Shown here one piece after another: positions 55,738-64,000 of a stretch of 64,000 bases of DNA (its first letter is position 1; every line of letters starts with the position of its first letter). Under the pieces are notes generated by a model, which did no database searches, was not told where the DNA came from, and saw nothing but the letters and a program-made list of their open reading frames with translations. Both the position numbers and the translations under genes were made by a program. Source of the DNA: Octopus vulgaris (taxonomy: Eukaryota); the NCBI GenBank assembly GCA_951406725.2, contig OX597832.1:24738001-24802000 (forward strand), given 5' to 3'.

Positions 55738-56699
55738 ATCTATCTATCTGTCTGTCTGTCTGTCTGTTTATATATATACACCTATCTTTCTGCCTGTCTC
55801 TCTGTCTTGCTATCCATCTTTCTATCAATCTCTATCTGTTTGTCTTTCTGCCTGTCTGATGTCTGTCTGTATGTCTGTCCCTTTCTGTCTCTCTCTTCCT
55901 CTTTCACTCTCCTTCCCCCATCTCCCTATAAATATATATACATCGCAGCTCTCTTTACTTTCTTTTGCGATTATTTTTTATTCATCTTGCTCTCTCGTTA
56001 CACAAAAATTATTGTTGACATTCACTTTTGACAGATTTCTAATATAAAGAAATACAAAAAAAAAAACCCACACAATAAAAGAACGAAAAAAAAAAGAAAT
56101 AAACGTATTTAGATTTCATACTTAAAAATATGTGCCAATAATCCCACGTCGATATGTCATCTGCAGACTTTTAGCGTTGTTTCGTATTTGCTTGAGAGAT
56201 AAACATAGGATATATCTCGAGTCGATATTTCTCTGTAATTATAATCCAACATCTCAAGTCACGAAATAGATGTATACAAGTTCTTCTCCCTCTAACGCCC
56301 TTTGCGCGTCCATCTTTCTCTCGTTGCTTTTCTCCCTATGTTTTCCCTTTCTTTGTCTTTCGCCTGTTTGCTTATCTTCGCCATCTTCTTTTTAACAACT
56401 GATCCTATGTTATTTCGTTTTAACCTGTTATTTTTGCGTGGCAGTTGTGTGACACACGACTGATCATGTTGTTAGGGGGGAAGGGGTTGTTGCTGTCGTT
56501 GTTGTTGTTGTTGTTGTTGTTGCTGTTATTTGTGTTGCTGTTATTTGTGTTGCTGTTATTTGTGTTGCTGTTGCTACTGAAGATGATGATGTCGTGGACG
56601 GAGAAAAGATTGTCGTTTTGTAATAAAAGACACAATTTCCACTCGTTTGAATGAGAAAATCTTTGGGAACAAACAACTGTGAACAGTCGATAAATAGAG

Positions 56700-56744
56700 C
56701 ATAATAATAACAATAATGATGATGAAAATAATAATAATGATGAA

Positions 56745-56786
<42 letters not shown>

Positions 56787-56975
56787 CATAATGATAATAA
56801 TCATAATAATAATGATAATAATGATAATGATGATAATAATAATAATAATAATAATAGTAGTAGTAATAATAATAATAATAATAATAATGATAGTAATAAT
56901 AATAATGATGATGATGATAAAAATAATAATAATAATAGTAATAATAATAATAATAGTAATAATAATAATAATAAT

Positions 56976-57015
<40 letters not shown>

Positions 57016-57078
57016 GTAATAATAATAATGATGATGATGATAAAAATAATAATAATAATAATAGTAATAATAATAATA

Positions 57079-57122
<44 letters not shown>

Positions 57123-57200
57123 CATAATGATAATAATAATAATAATAATAATGATAATAATAATAATGATGATGAAAATGATAATAATAATAATGATGAA

Positions 57201-57236
<36 letters not shown>

Positions 57237-57309
57237 CATAATGATAATAATGATAATAAGGATAATGATGATGATAATAATAATAATAATAATAATAATA
57301 GTAGTAGTA

Positions 57310-57395
<86 letters not shown>

Positions 57396-57423
57396 GATGA
57401 TAATAATAATAATAATAATAATG

Positions 57424-57459
<36 letters not shown>
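56700..57459. repeat. Long (AAT/GAT/AGT)n microsatellite with internal block duplication
   Basis: Direct reading; gatgatgatgataaaaataataat block near 56907 and 57030. Confidence 0.95.
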
Positions 57460-57460
<1 letters not shown>

Positions 57461-58040
57461 TTTCATATTTGCCACAAGGGTGAAGGATGAGGGTAACAAT
57501 ACAGAGACAGACATAAAGTGTGCGGGTTTACCTATAATGAAGCGATAAGAAAATGGAAGAAAGAAAGTATATACGGTATACACTGAAAAACAAAAGGGAC
57601 ATACGCATAATATACAAAGGTTTTTTTTCGAAAAGTGAAGTGGCGGGGATGATGATAAAGGTGTGGCCCTCCTGATACAGCAAGGCCTCTAGGGATAATT
57701 GAGGAACCCCACTTTCCGTGATTTTCCTGAAACACCAAGAGCAAGTGCCCTCTTCAATTCCTTCTTTCCGACTCACAGGTCTTTATTCAGAGAGCTACCA
57801 TCCACTCTTGCCATTTTCGCAGTTTTTATTCATCTTTCGATAAACTCACTCGAGGACAGCACTTCCCTCTCCACTCTCAATTTCCTTTCCAAGTGAATCT
57901 TGAAGAAGTCAATGAGAGTTCTACCAAAGAGGCATGTCTCTGTCCTCATGCATTTTAGCCTTGTCCACCAAACAACCTCTTTCAGCACAGCCACTGGACA
58001 AAGGAAAACTGCCTTGCCTGACCGATTGACATGATAGTTC
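57460..58040 (-). mobile_element. L1/Tx1-clade LINE 3' end (ORF2 C-terminus, 3' UTR, tail)
   Basis: SGKAVFLCPVAVLKEVVWWTRLKCMRTETCLFGRTLIDFFKIHLERKLRVEREVLSSSEFIER*IKTAKMARV, homologous to 8140-8260; embedded in (AAT)n. Confidence 0.78.
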
Positions 58041-58049
58041 CCGAATAAC

Positions 58050-58110
<61 letters not shown>

Positions 58111-58167
58111 TTAATAATAATGATGATAATAATAATAACAACAACAACAACAACAACAATCATCATC

Positions 58168-58282
58168 ATAAGAGCACTCGGACAGTGTAAATCTCCGCCA
58201 AGGCAACACCAGCGTCCTCTCAGCGATTAAGCAGAGATGATTTTTAAAATGAGAATATCTGAAATAAACTCGACTGCTCTCA
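58168..58282 (+). mobile_element. Truncated copy of the Helentron/HINE-like element at 60709
   Basis: gcactc...ctccgccaa...gtcctctcagcgattaa.cagagatgatttttaaaat.agaatatctgaaataaactcgact shared. Confidence 0.8.
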
Positions 58283-58727
58283 CTAATATATTATATATAT
58301 ATTTTCATAAATACATTATATTATCTTCATAAATATATTATATTATTTTCTCAAATATATTATATTTATTTTCATAAATATACTATATTATCTTCATAAA
58401 TATATTATTTTCACAAATATATATATGTTCATAACGGGTGCATCTGCCAATGAACGATATTTTATCCTATGCATTGCAAGAACTGTTTTCATCTTTCCTT
58501 AGGTGGAACAAGGAGACCCATCTTGGATACAGAAGGCGCAGTTATGGAGCCATTCTCTACTGGTGTACTAGGAAAACGGATGCGAGCATTGAATCTATCG
58601 ACTAAATTCGTTCACTCTACAGTAAAAGGGAAAGACAAACGCGTATACTATTTAATCGATTCCGAAGGGATTAAAGACATAAGTGACCTCTGGGTCGATA
58701 ACGTAACTGAATATTTCGTAATATTAA

Positions 58728-59080
58728 GGCGATGAGATGGCAGAAACGTTAGCGCGCCGGGCGAAATGCTTAGCGATATTTCATCTGCCGTTACGTTCTG
58801 AGTTCAAATTCCGCCGAGGTCGACTTTACCTTTCATCCTTTCGGGGTCGATAAATTAAGTACAAGTTACGCACAAGGGTTGATATAATCGACTTAATCCA
58901 TTTGTCTGTCCTTGTTTGTCCTCTCTGTGTTTAGCCCCTTGTGGGTAGTAAAGAAATAGGTATTTCATCTGCCGTTTCGTTCTGAGTTCAAATTCCGCCG
59001 GGTCGACTTTACCTTTCATCCTTTCGGGGTCGATAAATTAAGTACCAGTTACGCACTGAGTTAATCCCTTTGTCTGTCCG
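58728..59080 (+). mobile_element. SINE family B dimer (second unit truncated)
   Basis: Head, unit, junction gtaaagaaataggtatttcatctgccg, second unit. Confidence 0.9.
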
Positions 59081-59485
59081 CGCTCTTAACCACTATGCTA
59101 TATGGCGTAGTGGCAATGGGATCCGAACAAATGCGATGGTTGAAACGTGTGAAAAAAAACCCCCAAAAAGTCCGGGTTATGTTGAAAAATAAAACTTACT
59201 TAGTTACATTCTATGAGAGTTTCTTCATCAGGCTACGAGTTTCGGAGATCAGCCTGGCAGTTAGTCGATTTATGATCGATGTTCAATCTTACAGAGGTTA
59301 AATGTTTGCTTTTCATCATTCGGGGGCGGAGGAGTATGTTGATAAGTTGTCATGAGTTAAGTATTTTAGTCTGAAACATGCGAATAAATCCTCTCCCTAA
59401 TTTTCTGAGCTTGCGCTCCATGATACAATCCCCATTTTTCATAAAAATAAAATGTGAAAAACCAGGAGAAAAGCACATTCTGACT

Positions 59486-59527
<42 letters not shown>

Positions 59528-59678
59528 GCTACTACCACCACCACCACCACCGCCACCACCGGAACTACCGCTATTAGTGGTATTATTACTAACACGACTA
59601 CTGCTGCTGCTAACAACAATGATAAATATCCTCACGATGATGAAACATATTCCACTTTCCCCTCCCCTCCTCCTCCAA

Positions 59679-59709
<31 letters not shown>

Positions 59710-59979
59710 CCATTGTAGCCATTAAGCTATCTTATTACTTCTATAATTTTTATTCCTTCTTTTTTCTCTTTTTTCTTTCAATATTTCTTTTATTATTATT
59801 ATCTTTTTTTGTTTTCTTTAGTTATATATTCATGCTTTTTCGTCATAATATCTTACAAAACTGCCAAGTTTGCGCCGACAAAATGCGATTACCACAAAAT
59901 ATTACGAATTTTTACATTCCATAAACCGGATTTGGAAAATGGAGGAGGGTTAAAAATATAATGTTGAATAATTCATAAT

Positions 59980-60123
<144 letters not shown>

Positions 60124-60461
60124 TAGTCTTCTTCTTCTTCTTCTTTGCTGATTACGTATTCCAACTAGATTTTGTTTGTTTGTCTTATGTTGGCTTACAT
60201 TTTAAGAAAGAATATTTGCCATTGAAGAAGAAGAAAAACGGAGAGAGGAAAAAAAAACATTTTGAAAATTTGTTTGAATGTTGTAACATCGAATGCAGAT
60301 TAGTGAGTAATATTGGAAGTGGAGGAAAGGTTTTAATAAAACTGGTGATGCTCATAATGATGATGACGATGATGATGGTAATGGTGATGATGGTGATGGT
60401 GAGGATGATGATGATGATGGTGAGGATGATGATGATGGCGATGATGATGATGGCAATGATA

Positions 60462-60517
<56 letters not shown>

Positions 60518-60634
60518 GATGATATGATGGTGATGATGATGATGATGATATGATGAGGATTATGATGATGAAGGTAGTGACGCTTGATGACCTTTGGTAC
60601 GTGGACCATGATGATGACAGTAGTCATGATCGCC

Positions 60635-60680
<46 letters not shown>

Positions 60681-60708
60681 TAATAATAATAATAATGATA
60701 ATAATAAT

Positions 60709-61060
60709 AACAAGTGCACTCAGATAGCGCAAACCTCCGCCAAAGTAATGCCAATGTCCTCTCAGCGATTAACCAGAGATGATTTTTAAAATAAGAATAT
60801 CTGAAATAAACTCGACTCCTCTCACAAACGAGAATACTAAAAATGAACTCGACCGCTCTCAAAAATTAAGTAAAAAAAAAAACAGGAAAAATAATCCAGA
60901 ATCCAGAACCTAATCAGTTTGTGCCAGTTACAAGGCCGAACATCCCTGAAAGTGGCATTCGAATCTATCCAGCGGATCTTGAGATATCTTGGCCACGGAC
61001 AAACAAACAAACAAACAGTGACCGTAGACAATATCTCCGCCTTCGCTATGGCGGAGATAA
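60709..61060 (+). mobile_element. Helentron/HINE (DINE-1-like) non-autonomous element
   Basis: 5' subterminal acctccgcca (60733-60742), (ACAA)n at ~60998-61016, terminal hairpin tatctccgcc-ttcgctat-ggcggagata (61032-61059). Confidence 0.65.
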
Positions 61061-61667
61061 TTATAATTTAACGAGAAGTTAAACGTTGGGTGACTTCTTC
61101 GAGTCAATTTGCTATTAGTATTTGCGTCTCCAAATATTTTAGACTGTTTACAATTGGAAAGATAGCTTCCAACCACACACTCCCAACCTGTGATGAAAAT
61201 GCATTTTTGTTTGGGTAGAATGTTTCCGTAATAAACAAACAGAGCATCCTTAAATTGCGCCTTGTTGGCTCTTGAAAAACTTGAGGTAGATATACGTCAG
61301 CCCTCTTCTGGCCCGCGCTTCTATATATTCACAAGCAAGGAGATAATAATTTACTCTTGTATTTGTACACTAGATGGTTCTGTGTCCAAGAACTGCCCTT
61401 ATTTAGAGACTCCCTTTTCGAAACAAAGAACACAAAATTTTCCCATTCATGCACACACCTGGTCCTCGTTTTCCTGGTGCTCTTCTTATGAACGGATGTG
61501 GCCTACAGGTTAGGTTGCTCGGTTGATGAATTTTGTGACATGTTGTGTCCTGATACAAAGCACTACATTTCATTTTGATACCATCGATTTATCTTTAACG
61601 AATACCAAGCGGTTACAGGTCTATCTCTGTCTATGTCTGTTTGTGTGTCTATCCCTTTCTCTAGTAT

Positions 61668-61920
61668 ACTTTTCTTCTTTTACATGTTTCAGTAATTTGA
61701 CCACGGCCATGCTGGAGCACTCACATAAAGTGTTGTTTTTTTAAGTCGAAGAAATCGAGCCCCAGAACTTATTCTTTGTAAGCTTAGTACTTATTCTATC
61801 GCTCTCTTTTACCGAACCGCTACGATTCGTGAACGTAAGCACATCGCAATGAGGTGTCAATCGATGGTGGGGCGAGGTGGGGACAAACGTAGACACAAAG
61901 ACATTCACATAAATACACAC

Positions 61921-61973
<53 letters not shown>

Positions 61974-62179
61974 CCACATTAAATGTTCATACATCACTAG
62001 GAGAGTGCTGTATGAACATTTAATGTGGTTTTAGAGTCAAGTTTTGACTGCTATTTCCAGCGTGGTGGTGTCTCTTAGATACCTTAAATTATAATTTTAA
62101 AATAATTATTACCTCTGAAAGGTTTTTATTCCCATGCTGGCCACCTGATAAGATCGGTATTTTAAATATAGATCTCAAT

Positions 62180-62233
<54 letters not shown>

Positions 62234-62402
62234 GACGGGCTTCTTCCAGTTTCCATCTGACAAGTACACTCACAAGGCTTTGGTTGGTCTGAGGCTATAG
62301 TAGAAGATACTTGCCCAAAGTACCACGCAGTAGAAAATATGTGGATGGGAAGCATGTGAACCCGGGACCATGTGGCTGGGAAGCAAAGCCATGTCTGCGC
62401 CT
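61668..62402 (-). mobile_element. SINE family A split by an insertion in its central (TA)n
   Basis: 3' half 61668-61905, 5' half 62232-62402, foreign sequence 61971-62183. Confidence 0.8.
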
Positions 62403-62727
62403 ATCCCAAATCTATCTTAAATGTTACCCCGAATCAAAGACAGGAAGAATAGCTAATTCCATTCTCCGTAGTCGCACGGAATCTCATTATTCCGCAACCT
62501 CGCCAAGGAAGTGACAGGTTAAATGCTGCTTTTTTAAATATCGCTAAATACATTCTATGAAATGTTGTTGTTGCCATGTGTTATTGGAATTCCCAATGAA
62601 TAGAAGACGAAAATATTGGCACGAAACTGTTTTTTTCCTTATCGAGTTACTGATTTCAATGCAAGAAATATTTATCTGTATATGCAGTGCCATAAACGCC
62701 TTCTTCCTGTCCGTCACAAACGTTTGC

Positions 62728-62857
62728 TGAGCCCATGGGAATCGAACCCGCTGCTTCTTACGAACATTAAACATACAACCATTACACCGGGACTGTTGGT
62801 GTAGTGGTTGTATATTTATCGTCCGTGAGAAAAGTGGGTTCGATTCCCATAGTCTCA
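62728..62857. repeat. Head-to-head inverted pair of tRNA-like (Pol III A/B box) sequences
   Basis: 62728-62788 vs 62798-62857; ggtgtagtggtt...gggttcgattccc on each arm. Confidence 0.75.
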
Positions 62858-62996
62858 ATATATATATTTTCGATTTTGTATATAAATGAAGATATTTCCC
62901 CCGTCTGGCTTATATTATATATATTATATTATATTATATTATATATTATTATATTATATTATATTATATTATATTATATTATATTATATATATAAC

Positions 62997-63143
62997 AATT
63001 GCAGCGTGGAAGGTGTTTGTAAGCCATTTAAGAAACACACAAAAGCCGTTCGATTCACTTCAGCATTTAAGTTTAATTTGTCAAAATATTTTCGTCTCTT
63101 TAAGACCGCGACCTGTTCACTGACAAAAAAATCTGTGCTGCAT
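62997..63143 (-). mobile_element. Short repeat family H with G3:C8 hammerhead-like fold (63077-63127)
   Basis: tttgtca-GTGAACA-g gtcgc ggtcttaaa gagac-GAA-aatatt-t-tgacaaa. Confidence 0.7.
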
Positions 63144-63609
63144 ATTTATATATATGACTAGTTCCCTTCAGGTTCTGGCTACTAAATACACTATGAATGC
63201 CTTGGTCAGCACAAAGCTGTCGCAGAAAATATTTGCCCAAGATGGCAAGCAGTGGGATTCAATCATATAGCCGGGAAGCAGAATTCATAACACATAACGA
63301 CTTCCACGTGAAATTTACATAAGCGTTTTAATTTTTTTGTTTGGACATTTCATAGAGTGATGTTACTTTGGTGTAGTTGTTAGACCAGTCATACATTTTA
63401 CAGCAGACTCAGCGTTCTAATCATGCATGGGTTATTACATTTTCCGTTTTCTTACATGCTACCCACTATATATATGTATATATCCCAGCCTATATATATA
63501 TATATATATATATACTCCACCATATATTATTATAATCATTAGGGAATATTACTTCCAAGTACACAGGAAATAGACATTCAAATTAAATGTACTTAAATGA
63601 ACATCTCTC

Positions 63610-63865
63610 AATTTTAGAGACAGAACCACCTTCAACTCAATCAACGCTGAAAGGTTTTATACCCGACCACTCCATAAAATGTTAAAAATTAAATCTTATA
63701 CTAACTGTATCTATTCTGAGTCCTGTATTTTCCGTTTATAAGACTACATGTGTTTCAGGATTCAGGATAGATATAGTTAGTATACGATTTACTTTTTAAC
63801 ATTTTATGGAATGGTGAGTATAAAACCTTTCAGTGTTGAATTGAGGTGGTTTTGTCTCTGAAATT
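63610..63865. repeat. ~75-bp imperfect inverted repeat; region bounded by a 20-bp direct repeat
   Basis: 63610-63688 vs 63793-63865; tatatactccaccatatatt at 63509-63528 and 63873-63892. Confidence 0.75.
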
Positions 63866-63888
63866 ACTTTTATATATACTCCACCATA

Positions 63889-63953
<65 letters not shown>

Positions 63954-64000
63954 GCCATGATATATCTTTAGCCACTACACACATTCTTTTCTCTTCTTGT

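Noticed and set aside
58503-58621. Possible exon after ttttcatctttccttag
   Set aside because: Only weak donors, no recognisable peptide, downstream merges into decayed SINE sequence
59205-59255. Permuted hammerhead-like order GAAA-ctcg-TA-gc-CTGATGA on the minus strand
   Set aside because: Stem I is only 2 nt and stem II is unconvincing; compatible with chance

Overview
AT-rich, microsatellite-saturated eukaryotic DNA. The SINE families look like those of octopod cephalopods (Octopus); this is recognition from memory, not a database result. I find no intact protein-coding gene, and nearly all long ORFs in the track are translated simple repeats. The window contains: (1) about 35 full or partial copies of at least five tRNA-derived SINE families; (2) decayed non-LTR retrotransposons (RTE 3' end, three L1/Tx1 pieces, a Dong/R4 3' end inside (TAA)n, a Penelope GIY-YIG relic); (3) DNA-transposon derivatives (mariner/Tc1 MITEs, a DDD transposase relic, a 437-bp Merlin-like MITE with perfect 30-bp TIRs, 8-bp TSD and internal (CCCTAA)n, and a Helentron/HINE-like element). 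The most interesting signal is a diverse set of short non-coding inserts, almost always within (TA)n tracts and often in inverted or direct arrangements, that fold into type I hammerhead ribozymes with palindromic stem III. One family carries a compensatory G3:C8 core. These are most likely non-autonomous Penelope-like elements or retrozymes. Coordinates of decayed elements are approximate (read by eye).
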